Source of the DNA: Octopus vulgaris
Lineage: Eukaryota
Length of the DNA stretch: 64,000 nt
Direction: 5' to 3'
NCBI GenBank assembly: GCA_951406725.2
Contig: OX597818.1
Location: 142,910,001-142,974,000 of the forward strand
The position numbers and the translations under genes are program-made. Positions 27,663-39,936 of this stretch are shown piece by piece (the first letter of the stretch is position 1; each line of letters opens with the position of its first letter). The notes beneath the pieces were generated by a model, which was not told the origin of the DNA, did not search any database, and saw only the letters and a list, made by a program, of their open reading frames with translations.

Positions 27663-29458
27663 GATACAGTTATGTCTGCACCAAGTACATCCATCGGATA
27701 TCTACATATCTAAGTGTCTGGTTATTCTCTCCGCTTGATATTGATTATTCTAGATTAATTCGATTGGCTTATAGTTTAAAATTTGAATCACAAAAGAAAT
27801 TTTACGGTTAGTTAGTCAAGAAACGCACATACGCACACGCACATCCACAGATCAATCGCACATACATACATAATTATATGTATACACACACACACACATA
27901 GACTCATACACATACATATCCACAAATCAAGTCCAACACATAAATAAATAAATAAATAAATAATAAAAGAGGTATAATCCTATCCATGCAGGCATTGAGC
28001 TTCTCAAAACTAAAAACATGCCACAAAATAACAAAATAGATCCACTCATATATTTCCATAAAATATCTGTTTTAAGGATACATATATTTATATATCACGA
28101 CATCAAATGTTATTTTCGCAGGGTATACGCAGTATGTGAACACCGGTTTTTTCCGTAGTCAACATAACGATTACTGATTACACGGTAATTTGTTATAATC
28201 GCATGTACGCTAAGTTATAAATTATAGATTGATTTTTTATAGTAAATATATATCTTTTCAACGTAATAAATCCAGTGCCATTATAATATTAATATTTAAC
28301 CAACAAGGAACCTAACCTACGAGCTAATAGAATTACACTCAGATATACATACTCTTGTGTATCATCAGATATAAACAAACGCACCGGGGACTAACTAATA
28401 CAGTTAAATATAAGTAAATAACAGAAATTAAATTAATTATAAGTTAATAAATTGTAAATACTTAAGTTAAAAATGTGATAAAATAAAAAAGAAGAAATAA
28501 TTAAAAATTACATACATAATATAAGTACAAACCAGTATACATGTATCCATATATTAATTATTAAAATAAAAAATTGATATATATGTATATATCTACACTT
28601 AAATAATTAAATAAATAAATAAATAAATAAGTAGATGACTAAATGAATAGATAGATACACTAGAGAACAAAATCAGATAAATGCATAGGTGCAGGTATAC
28701 CTAATATGTAGTAATGCTAATATGCATATATCCATATATGCTTAAAAGAGTATATATGTAAATAAATAACATAAATAAAGTGAAGATATATATTAAAGAA
28801 AGTACTAATATAAACTTAGTATACAGGCTAATATTATGTAAATTTATACCTGTAGATAATGAGTAAAAAAAGAATAGATGAATAACATAATGTACAAATC
28901 CAGAAGACTAAATACAGACTAAATATATAAGGCTGCTAATATTTATAGAGCCAAATGTGAGTAAATGAAAAGGTATGTTAATAAAGCCTAAGATACAGAT
29001 TAAGGTGAGTACAAAGATACACCAAATTTACAATATATAAGCCTGCCAAATAAACACATACAAAAACCCAAGTTCTCAACCTATACAAACAAACTCCCAA
29101 AAAGACTCTCATATATTACATAATAGTATTACATTATCAGGAGCTAGGTATCTAACTATGATATTCATACACACTCTGTAATATTAGAAAACTTCAAGAA
29201 TCACATATTACAAAGCAAATACCAAAATGAATATATTATTTCATGCCATAGTGTATTACCCTTAAAAAAACAAGACAAAAAAAACCCATATACAAAAAGC
29301 AATTAATACTGGACATATATATTTTTATACATGTGTAGCTACAAAATTATATAAAAAATTATAAATTTATAAGTTGATAAGTTGCATGTTTTAGAATTGT
29401 AGAAGACCACTAGTATAGTTAGATACAGAAGGGAGTTAAAATATTACTAGTAGAAATG

Positions 29459-31392
29459 CTAAGTTCTATTTGAATCTAGAAAAAGTGTACGGTAGTCTAT
29501 GAATGCAAAAAAATCTTTTTCATTTATGTTGTTAATAATATGCCTACCCGCTTTGATAATGAAAAAAATTTCATTAATACATAGAGAGCATTTTTTTTTC
29601 CCATTATACACAGGTGCCGAAGTTAGTATTTTCCAATTTAATCTAAAATCCAAGTTCTTACTTTTGAGTTCCCAAATGTATGCACTTAACCCTGTAGAGT
29701 ACATCCTATTTTTATTACTAAAAGTATATCTGTGATAATTAAGTCTCTGTTTCATGCTATTCATAGTTGCTCCAATATACACCCTACTACTAAATTGTGT
29801 ATCCACAGTGCATTGGTAAACTACCTCTTTCCTGAGGCATTGATTACCAAACACACATTTATTTCTGTTTCTGCAATTACAGTTATTAACAGATTGGGGT
29901 AATCTAAGATTGGTCCCCAATCCTGTAACACCATTCACATTTGTAGTGTTACAATTATTATTGCCATCCAAACCCAAATTCAACGAACGAGTTAATTTAA
30001 CATTATTGGTGATATTCCTACCAATAGTACTAGTATTGGTAGTAGTAGTATCATCCATTACATTGATATTTTCCCTAGCAGGTACGGTACTCTCATAATT
30101 TATAAGAGGGTTATTCCCGTTAGCTCCAAAAGAATTATTGTTCCTATTATTAAAGAGAGGTAAATTTCTATTATCTAAATTCGACTTTCTATCTTTATAG
30201 AAGTAATCAAGTTTCCTGTTATTAAAAGAGGAGATGATGGTGGCTAGATTATGAGTAATGCTATATCCTATTCTAACAGTACCATTGTTAATTAAATGAC
30301 TAAATTTATTCCTATCCTTACCAAAGTGCCTAAATATTACATTATGCAACGCTCTAACTATGTCTGTTTTTATCTGCATTGCATATGGGATAATAAGCCA
30401 CAGTGTATCCTTATCAATATTAGGGTTGCCTAACAAATTATTGTTTTTTTAGTAAAAACCTTATTCCTAGACCAACCCATATGTTTACTATCCTTACCAT
30501 TGTCATTGTTATGTCCATCTATATCAATATTCCCATAATTATTACGCAAGTAAACTTTACTATTATCATATCTACTATAAGTTTTGATATGTATGTTATT
30601 AATATTACTACCATTACCTGTTTGAGCAGATCTATTTAAGCTACCGTCCACCAATCCGAGGTTAACACCCCCACTATAATTATTATAGGTGTTTTCATAT
30701 ATTCTGTTTTTCCTTTTCTTATAGATATTATTATTTGTCCTAAATCCATTGGCGTCGTTCCTAATAGTTCCCCCTCCATTTGGAGGATTCCCCTTAGGTA
30801 TATACCATATTTTACTTTTGTAGCCTGCTTTTAGCAATGCTACATTGTATCTATCACAATGCTTATTAAAAATGTCCTCATTTGAGGATAAACAAGAAAT
30901 TCTCTGACTAATGCTACGCACTAGTGCACTTTTAATTTGAGGGGGGTGATTGCTAGAACGGTTTATATATATTAGGTTAGAATTGGGTTTAATATAAGGT
31001 TCATGTATTCCATTAGTAATGTTACAATTGACATCCAAATAATTAGCTGAATAGTTTTCACTCTCAATGATAATGGATAGGCCGAAACTTTTTAAAAATT
31101 TATTTATTCTTTTTTTCAGAAGATCTAATCTCCTATTAGATGTATTCCTTACACAAAATAAAGCATCATCCCTATATAATCCTCCTTTTAATTCAGGGAA
31201 TTCCCTACTAATGTTGTCCAATAGATACACCCCTACTAGATCAGTCACTTCCGCTGAGTCCGGCGATCCCATGGTGATGTCGAACAAATTGGGTGTGTCC
31301 TTTCTAGCCCAAAGTTTATTGTCAAACTCTATTAAAGTTTTCCTAGCTGTTAAGATAACCTTAATCTCACCCATACTTAATTTAGTGTATTT
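29459..31392 (-). pseudogene. Truncated, frameshifted PLE RT + GIY-YIG ORF of element A
   Basis: FDITMGSPDSAEVTDLVG, GLYRDD, NCNCRNRNKCVFGNQC, VVY..VYIG and CSLCINE are present. Frameshifts relative to element B fall in homopolymers at ~30444-30450 and ~29507-29513. Confidence 0.9.
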
Positions 31393-32804
31393 TCTGATTT
31401 TGTTCTCTAGTGTATCTATCTATTCATTTAGTCATCTACTTATTTATTTATTTATTTATTTAATTATTTATTTATTTAATTATTTAAGTGTAGATATATA
31501 CATATATATCAATTTTTTATTTTAATAATTAATATATGGATACATGTATACTGGTTTGTACTTATATTATGTATGTAATTTTTAATTATGTCTTCTTTTT
31601 TATTTTATCACATTTTTAACTTAAGTATTTACAATTTATTAACTTATAATTAATTTAATTTCTGTTATTTACTTATATTTAACTGTATTAGTTAGTCCCC
31701 GGTGCGTTTGTTTATATCTGATGATACACAAGAGTATGTATATCTGAGTGTAATTCTATTAGCTCGTAGGTTAGGTTCCTTGTTGGTTAAATATTAATAT
31801 TATAATGGCACTGGATTTATTACGTTGAAAAGATATATATTTACTATAAAAAATCAATCTATAATTTATAACTTAGCGTACATGCGATTATAACAAATTA
31901 CCGTGTAATCAGTAATCGTTATGTTGCCTACGGAAAAAACCGGTGTTCACATACAGCGTATACCCTGCGAAAATAACATTTGATGTCGTGATATATAAAT
32001 ATATGTATCTTTAAAACAGATATTTTATGGAAATATATGAGTGGATCTATTTTGTTATTTTGTGGCATGTTTTTAGTTTTGAGAAGCTCAATGCCTGCAT
32101 GGATAGGATTATACCTCTTTTATTATTTATTTATTTATTTATTTATTTATGTGTTGGACTTGATTTGTGGATATGTATGTGTATGAGTCTATGTGTGTGT
32201 GTGTGTATACATATAATTATGTATGTATGTGCGATTGATCTGTGGATGTGCGTGTGCGTATGTGCGTTTCTTGACTAACTAACCGTAAAATTTCTTTTGT
32301 GATTCAAATTTTAAACTATAAGCCAATCGAATTAATCTAGAATAATCAATATCAAGCGGAGAGAATAACCAGACACTTAGATATGTAGATATCCGATGGA
32401 TGTACTTGGTGCAGACATAACTGTATCTATTATTATTATTATTATTAATATTAATAGTAATTATTATTGACTTTTACAGGTTTATAATTTTATGAACTGA
32501 AATGTGGTTTTTTATTACTTTTCATGTATAAGTCTGATTTTAATTTAAATGTGAGTGTGCATATATCTTCTTGTGTGGTAGTTTTTAGAACTATTAACTC
32601 AATATGTAGAATAACTGAGCTTATTAATATATATTGATATATATTTTGTTTTATTTTGTTTTGTGTATCTTGTATTATTGTATTAATGAATATATATATA
32701 TATGTGTAGTATTATGGTGTCTATGCACACGTTTTTATATTTTACATTTTTATATTGATATGTATAGGGAAAAAATTTTTTTTCACAATTATAATTTATT
32801 AAAT

Positions 32805-32915
32805 TCTCTGGAGAGGCCGTGGGGCATCCTTGTTAATGTCTCATTTATACCTGCCTTATATGGCTTATAGGTTAAATGAGGCATGATTGCCCTTACTGCC
32901 GAAACAGCTGTCAGA
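32805..32915 (+). ncRNA. Type I hammerhead motif with extended stem II (inverted arm of element A)
   Basis: TCT(32805)-CTGGAGA(32808-14)-GGC...GCC-GAAAC(32901)-AGCT-GTC(32910-12)-AGA. Confidence 0.65.
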
Positions 32916-33100
32916 TATGATATAATTACATATTATATTTTATATTTTATATTTCTATTTCCTTGTCTAATTATATTTACAATATATTTTGTATAATGCC
33001 TTTACTGTTATGTAATGGTGTAATAAAGTATTGATTGGGTACCATCTGTTGGTTGATGTTTAATTGATTTAAGTATGTTTCTCCATTTTCTAATTTTGTA

Positions 33101-33175
<75 letters not shown>

Positions 33176-33541
33176 TTATAAAGTGAGATAGGGGTTGAAA
33201 ATTCAACCCACCATGGGATAATATATATCCAATATACTGCTAGATAGGTACCCAACAAAATTAATACATAGATGTTAAAAATTGTCAAACAATCAGTTCA
33301 TCTATTGTATTATATGGGTAAAGGTAATAATATTACCGTAAATTAATACTACAAAATTAGAGAATGGAGAAACATACTTAAATCAGTAAAACATCAACTA
33401 TCCGATGATACTCAATCCATACTTTAATACACCATTACATATGAGTAAAGGCAATATATAAAATGAAATGAGATATACAGTAATAGTAAAAAGATAAAGA
33501 GATATAAGTAAAAAATTTCAAATATAATATGCAAATAAATC

Positions 33542-33657
33542 AAAACTGACAGCTGTTTCGGCAGTGAGGGCAGTCATACCTCATTTAACCTATAAGCCAT
33601 AAAGGCAGGTATAAATGAGGCATTAACAAGGATGCCCCACGGCCTCTTCAGAGAATT
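33542..33657 (-). ncRNA. Type I hammerhead ribozyme with extended stem II (3' pseudo-LTR of element B)
   Basis: Minus strand: TCT-CTGAAGA-GGCCGTGGGGCA...TGCCCTCACTGCC-GAAAC-AGCT-GTC-AG. Canonical core; stem I is short. Confidence 0.75.
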
Positions 33658-33998
33658 AAATTAAATTTGTTATAATAGTGAAAAATATTATATAATCATA
33701 TACATATAAATATAAAAATATAAAAATGTAAAATATAAAAACTTATACATCATAATGCTACACTTATATAATATAATACACATTTGTACAAAAAAGGAAG
33801 GTAAACAGAACAAAATAAAACAAAATATATAACAGTGTATATATTAATATTAATAAGTACCGATATTATACATATTTGGCTAATAGTTTTTTTTATAAAA
33901 AAAGGCTAACACATATGGAGATGAAAAATAATAATTAAAACCATGGTACAGTTCATAAAATTCTAAAGCTATAAAAGTTAATAAAAATTACTATTAAT

Positions 33999-34056
<58 letters not shown>

Positions 34057-35769
34057 TAATAAAAATAGATACAGTTAAGTTAGCACCAAGTCCATCCTTT
34101 CAAGATCGAAATAACTATGAGTTAAGAAATGCTGACCACTAGGTAAAGAAAATTTAGATTAATTCGATTGGCTATTGGTTTGAAATTTAAATCACAAAAG
34201 AAAATTATACGGTTGGTTAGTCAGGGAACGCCAATATTCACACACGCATCTACAGATCAATCGCACATACACACATAGTTATATGTATATACATACACTT
34301 ATACACATACATAATCACAAGCAACAACTAGCACTTAGATAAACAAAAAAGGGAAGCAACTATGCTACCATTTAGTCCTTCAAAATTATAACTGTGCCTC
34401 AATAACAAAAAAAGAACCATCCATGCATTCCATAAAATATTTAATTTAGATATAAATATATTTTTAAATATCAGTATGTTACTAAGTCAGATAATTATTT
34501 CATGGGTAACTTAAAATTTATAACACCGGTTTGTTGCAGAGTAAACATACGGTTGTTAGATTTATCGTAAGTTTGTTATGATTTTAAGTACGCTAAATTA
34601 TAAAATATAAAATATAAAATATATATTAATTTAAATATTATAAATAAGTCACTTATTAACTTAATAAATATAGTGCCATAATATACCAGTTTAGGCATTA
34701 AAAAATAGAAGGGGAAGTACTAATGTAAACGCTTATGAGAACATCACAGAAATTTTAAATAAATTTTATATTATAAAGACTTAAGATGAAAAGTGATAAA
34801 ATAAATAAGAAGGAATAAATACGAAGGAATAAATACGGTTATACACATAATTATAAGTACAAACCAGTATATATGTATTCATATATTATTAAAATTAAAT
34901 AAAAATAAATGATAGATATGTATGTATAAAACTACCCCAGTATAAGTAAATAAGTAAAAAAATAAATAGGTAACAAATTAGATGACTTGATATGTATGTA
35001 AACATCTACACTTAAATAGGCAAATAAATAAATAAATAGAAGACTAGATGCAAAGATTGATAACATTACAATAAAATGGAAAATAAATAAAAAATAAATA
35101 AAGTGAATATATATGTTATATTGTTGAAAGTAAATATGTATGGAAGGATAGTTTAAAGTACAGATCCAGAGGACTATAGATATAAACTAAATATATAAGG
35201 CTGGTAATAATTATAAAGCAAAATGCATGTAAATGAGAAAATGAAAAAAATGAAAAAGGTTTATCAGTGAATAGCATAAGATACAAATTAAGGTGAGTAC
35301 AAAAAGACCAAATATACAATAAAAACCTTCCAAATAAACACATACAAAAAACCTATAATCTCAACCTAAACCCACCAAACTCACAAAAGGCTCTCATATA
35401 TTACATATTATACAATATCATTACATTATCCAGAGCTAGGTATCTAACCAAGATATATATACATACTATGCAATATACTATGCAATATTGGAAAACTTCA
35501 AAAATCACACATTACAAGGCAAATACCAAAATGAATATGTTATTTTATGTCATATTGCATTTCTCTTAAAAAAACAAACAAAAACCCACATACAAAAAAC
35601 AAGAAACCAATAATACTAGACACATCCATTAATTATTATACAAATGTAGCTATAAAAATTATAAAATTATAAAATTTATAAATTGTATACTTTAGAATTA
35701 TAGAAGACCACAGGTATATTTAGTTAAAGAAGGGAATTAAAAAATTAATAATAGTGGAAGTGCTAAGTT

Positions 35770-38613
35770 CTATTTGAATCTAGAAAAGGTGAACGGTAGC
35801 CTATGAATACAAAAGAAGTTTTTTTCATTAATGTTGTTAATAATTTGCCGACCCGCTTTAATAATGAAGAAAATTTCATTAATACATAGAGAGCATTTTT
35901 TATTTTTTCCATTATACACAGGTGCTGAAGTTAGTATTTTCCAGTTTAATCTAAAATCTAAGTTCTTACTTTTAAGTTCCCAAATGTATGCACTTAGCCC
36001 TGTAGAGTACATTCTATTTTTATTCCTAAAAGTATATCTGTGATAATTCCATCTTTGTTTTATGCTATTCATAGTTGCCCCGATATACACCCTACTACTC
36101 AATTGTGTATCTACAGTGCATTGGTAAACTACCTCCTTCCTGAGGCATTGATTACCAAATACACATTTATTTTTATTTCTGCAATTACAAAGATTAACAG
36201 AATGAGGAAATCTAAGATTGGACACCACCCCTATACTACTATTCACATTATAAGTGTTACAATTGTTATCATCATCCAAACCCAAAATCAACGAATGAGT
36301 TAATTTCACATTATCGGCTATATTCCTATCACTAGTACTAGTATTGGTAGTAGTAGTATGATCTATTACATTTATATTATCTCTGACAGGTACGGTGCAC
36401 TCATTATTAGTAAGGAGGTTGTTCCCATTCGTTCCAAGAAAGTTTCTATTCCTATTATTAATGAAGAGGGGCAAGTTTTCCTGGTCTAAATTCAATTTTC
36501 TATCCTTATAGAAGTGATCCAGTTTCTTGTTATTAAAAGAGGAGATAATGGTGGCTAGATTATGAGTAATGCTATATCCCACTCTAACAGTACCGTTGTT
36601 AATTAAAGGACTAAATTTATTCTTATCCTTACCAAAATGCCTAAAAATAACATTATGCAAAGCTCTCACTATGTTTGTTTTAATCTGCATTGCATATGGG
36701 ATAATCAACCAAAGAATATCCTTATCAGAATTAGGATTGCCTATAGAATTAATGTTATTTGTAAAAATCCTATTCGTAGACCAACTCATAGGATTACTAT
36801 TCTTACCACTGTCATTGTTATATCTATCTATATCAATATTACCATGGTTATTGCGCAAGTAAACTTTACCATTATCATGTCTACCATAAGTTTTAATTCG
36901 TATATTATTATTAATATTACTACTATTACCCGTATGTTTAGATCTATTTGAGCTACCGTTCACCTTTCCAAGGTTAACATCACTTCTACATTTATTATAG
37001 GTGTTATCATATATTCTAATTTTACTATTCTTATGTATATTGTTGATTATCCTAAATCTATTTGTGTTGTTCCTGATAGTTCTACCTCCATTAGGGGGGT
37101 TCCCCTTAGGTATAAACCAAATCTTACTTTTATATCCTGCCTTAAGCAATGCTGCATTGTATCTATCACAGTGTTTGTTAAAAATTTCCTCGTTTGAGGA
37201 TAAACTAGAAATTCTCTGACTAATGCTACGCACTAGTGCATTTTTAATTTGAGGGGGGTGATTACTTGAACGGTTAATGTATATTAGGTTAGAATTAGGT
37301 TTAATATAGGGTTCATGTAAACCATTAGTAATGTTACAATTAACATCTAAATAATTAGCAGAATAATTTTCACTTTCAATGATAATGGATAGGCCGAAAC
37401 TTTTAAAAAATTTATTTATTCTTTTTTTCAGAAGATCTAATCTCCTATTTGATGTATTCCTAACACAAAATAAGGCGTCATCCCTGTATAATCCACCTTT
37501 TAATTCAGGGAATTCCCTACTAAAGTTATCTAATAGATACATCCCAACTAGATCAGTCACCTCCGCTGAGTCCGGCGATCCCATTGTGATATCGAACAAG
37601 TTGGGTGTGTCCTTTCTAGCCCAAAGTTTATTATCAAACTCTATTAAAGTTTTCCTGGCTGTTAGTATAACCTTAATCTCCCCCATACTTAATTTAGTGT
37701 GTTTTCTAGCAAAAATTAAGGACTTATTTAATATAATAGGGTTAATGGAAGTGTAATAATTCTGTATATCGAATTGTATAAATTTATTTCTATTATAGCT
37801 AAAGTTGTTACTGTCACAGACCTTAATGGCAGAAAACCAATCCAAAGCACCTTGAGTATTCTTCCAAAGGTTTAGTTTGATTTTATTGCGGATGGTGGGT
37901 AGATATTTATCTAGAATGAGTTTACTTAGTCTGCCTAAGTCAGATTTAGTGGGGCAAATTAATCTGACCTGTGTGTTTCCAAGAAAATTCTCTTTATGAT
38001 CCTTTAGTGTAATTCTCGGTCTAGATGGGGTGTAGGGTTCCGTTTTTTCTTCTAGGTAGTAGTCAAATATGATTTCTCTGATCTCCAGGTTCAGTTTTCT
38101 AAGTGTACTAGAAGGTACTACTTTGTATTTCTTGGTTATTTCCTTGTGTAGAAGATCATGATATGCAGTAATGTCAATGTTGTAGATGTTGTTGGTTTTG
38201 TCAGAATGTGTTAGAATGCCGCTCTTACCTTTGAGAGTTCTAATTAAGTCTTTCAATTCTCTTTGGTGCGGGTTATATCTTAAAGGATGATTTCTAAATT
38301 TTATGTTTTTTATAGTCTCCCATAGTTCTTGTTCAAAATTGTCTAGATGTATATTTGGTGGAGGAGACTTCCTAGATTTAAATGTAGTGCCTGTTAGTTT
38401 TAATATTTCTTCATAGGTACTTCCAATTCCATTACGGATCGTTTCCCCAGTGTGTTGTTGGTTTATTTTATTATTATAGTTCTCATGGTGGAAAATCCTC
38501 CATCTGATCCTGTGGATGAATTCATTAATTCTATAAATTAGTTCTTTAGTGTAATGGTCTTTGGTAGGGATAGGTACATCCTTCATTGATGAATTGATCA
38601 GTATTTTCTCCAT
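35770..38613 (-). CDS. PLE reverse transcriptase with C-terminal GIY-YIG endonuclease (~947 aa from the ATG at 38613)
   Basis: Uninterrupted ORF with SDKTNNIY, TLKDHKENF..RLICPTKSDLG, FIQFDIQNYYTSI, FDITMGS, YRDD catalytic motif, CxC-x5-C-x5-C linker, VVY..YIG..R..H GIY-YIG, and CSLC..E and C.H. Confidence 0.95.
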   Translation of the reverse strand: MEKILINSSMKDVPIPTKDHYTKELIYRINEFIHRIRWRIFHHENYNNKINQQHTGETIRNGIGSTYEEILKLTGTTFKSRKSPPPNIHLDNFEQELWETIKNIKFRNHPLRYNPHQRELKDLIRTLKGKSGILTHSDKTNNIYNIDITAYHDLLHKEITKKYKVVPSSTLRKLNLEIREIIFDYYLEEKTEPYTPSRPRITLKDHKENFLGNTQVRLICPTKSDLGRLSKLILDKYLPTIRNKIKLNLWKNTQGALDWFSAIKVCDSNNFSYNRNKFIQFDIQNYYTSINPIILNKSLIFARKHTKLSMGEIKVILTARKTLIEFDNKLWARKDTPNLFDITMGSPDSAEVTDLVGMYLLDNFSREFPELKGGLYRDDALFCVRNTSNRRLDLLKKRINKFFKSFGLSIIIESENYSANYLDVNCNITNGLHEPYIKPNSNLIYINRSSNHPPQIKNALVRSISQRISSLSSNEEIFNKHCDRYNAALLKAGYKSKIWFIPKGNPPNGGRTIRNNTNRFRIINNIHKNSKIRIYDNTYNKCRSDVNLGKVNGSSNRSKHTGNSSNINNNIRIKTYGRHDNGKVYLRNNHGNIDIDRYNNDSGKNSNPMSWSTNRIFTNNINSIGNPNSDKDILWLIIPYAMQIKTNIVRALHNVIFRHFGKDKNKFSPLINNGTVRVGYSITHNLATIISSFNNKKLDHFYKDRKLNLDQENLPLFINNRNRNFLGTNGNNLLTNNECTVPVRDNINVIDHTTTTNTSTSDRNIADNVKLTHSLILGLDDDNNCNTYNVNSSIGVVSNLRFPHSVNLCNCRNKNKCVFGNQCLRKEVVYQCTVDTQLSSRVYIGATMNSIKQRWNYHRYTFRNKNRMYSTGLSAYIWELKSKNLDFRLNWKILTSAPVYNGKNKKCSLCINEIFFIIKAGRQIINNINEKNFFCIHRLPFTFSRFK

Positions 38614-39120
38614 TCTTCTAGCAGTAATGATCAAAGGAACAAATATACTACACTAGGGTGTATTCACATGCACTATTAATATTTAAATCAATAAATGGAT
38701 GCTTATATTACACCAGTATGAGCAATTCAGGTTCCTCAAAAGATAAATTTAGGTTATAAAGTGAGATAGGGGTTGAAAATTCAACCCACCATGGGATAAT
38801 ATATATCCAATATACTGCTAGATAGGTACCCAACAAAATTAATACATAGATGTTAAAAATTGTCAAACAATCAGTTCATCTATTGTATTATATGGGTAAA
38901 GGTAATAATATTACCGTAAATTAATACTACAAAATTAGAGAATGGAGAAACATACTTAAATCAGTAAAACATCAACTATCCGATGATACTCAATCCATAC
39001 TTTAATACACCATTACATATGAGTAAAGGCAATATATAAAATGAAATGAGATATACAGTAATAGTAAAAAGATAAAGAGATATAAGTAAAAAATTTCAAA
39101 TATAATATGCAAATAAATCA

Positions 39121-39236
39121 AAAACTGACAGCTGTTTCGGCAGTGAGGGCAGTCATACCTCATTTAACCTATAAGCCATAAAGGCAGGTATAAATGAGGC
39201 ATTAACAAGGATGCCCCACGGCCTCTTCAGAGAATT
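39121..39236 (-). ncRNA. Type I hammerhead ribozyme with extended stem II (5' pseudo-LTR of element B)
   Basis: Same motif as 33542-33657, 5579 bp away. Confidence 0.75.
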
Positions 39237-39589
39237 AAATTAAATTTGTTATAATAGTGAAAAATATTATATAATCATATACATATAAATATAAAAATAT
39301 AAAAATGTAAAATATAAAAACTTATACATCATAATGCTACACTTATATAATATAATACACATTTGTACAAAAAAGGAAGGTAAACAGAACAAATTAAAAC
39401 AAAATATATAACAGTGTATATATTAATATTAATAAGTACCGATATTATACATATTTGGCTAATAGTTTTTTTTATAAAAAAAAAAAAAAAAAAAGGCTAA
39501 CACATATGGAGATGAAAAATAATAATTAAAACCATGGTACAGTTCATAAAATTCTAAAGCTATAAAAGTTAATAAAAATTACTATTAAT

Positions 39590-39625
<36 letters not shown>

Positions 39626-39884
39626 CGCCACAATCGCCATTTTTTTTTCTAAGTGAGCTTATCTTTCAGATGCATCATTGTTTTATGCTCTCCTTCTGCT
39701 CGAAATGCGTTACATTTCTTTCTGCTATTTTTTCTTGTTTTAGTTTACTTTCTTTTTCTCTTCTTTTTTTCTTTTTACTTCTTACTTTCTCACCCCATAC
39801 TAACTTTTCTCTTTCTTTTACTTGCTTTCTTCATACGAGCTCTTAACTACTGAATGTCCTTTATGCACAGATACATATATACAT

Positions 39885-39936
<52 letters not shown>

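Larger units (their letters stand above)
26916..33101 (-). mobile_element. 5'-truncated Penelope-like element A with an inverted duplication of its 3' UTR
   Basis: The coding part 29459-31392 is highly similar to the intact element at 35770-38613. Segments 26981-28677 and 31393-33101 are near-perfect reverse complements. The right end abuts (TA)n. Confidence 0.92.
33172..39625 (-). mobile_element. Full-length Penelope-like element B (Hydra-clade-like) with direct pseudo-LTRs
   Basis: Intact ORF. Near-identical direct repeats 33172-~34050 and 38750-39625 form a partial tandem copy, truncated at an (AAT)n tract. The 3' end is joined to (TA)n, and each repeat carries a hammerhead. Confidence 0.95.

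Noticed and set aside
36040-37756. Plus-strand ORFs overlapping the PLE ORF
   Set aside because: They are antisense shadows of an AT-rich coding frame with no recognisable motifs.
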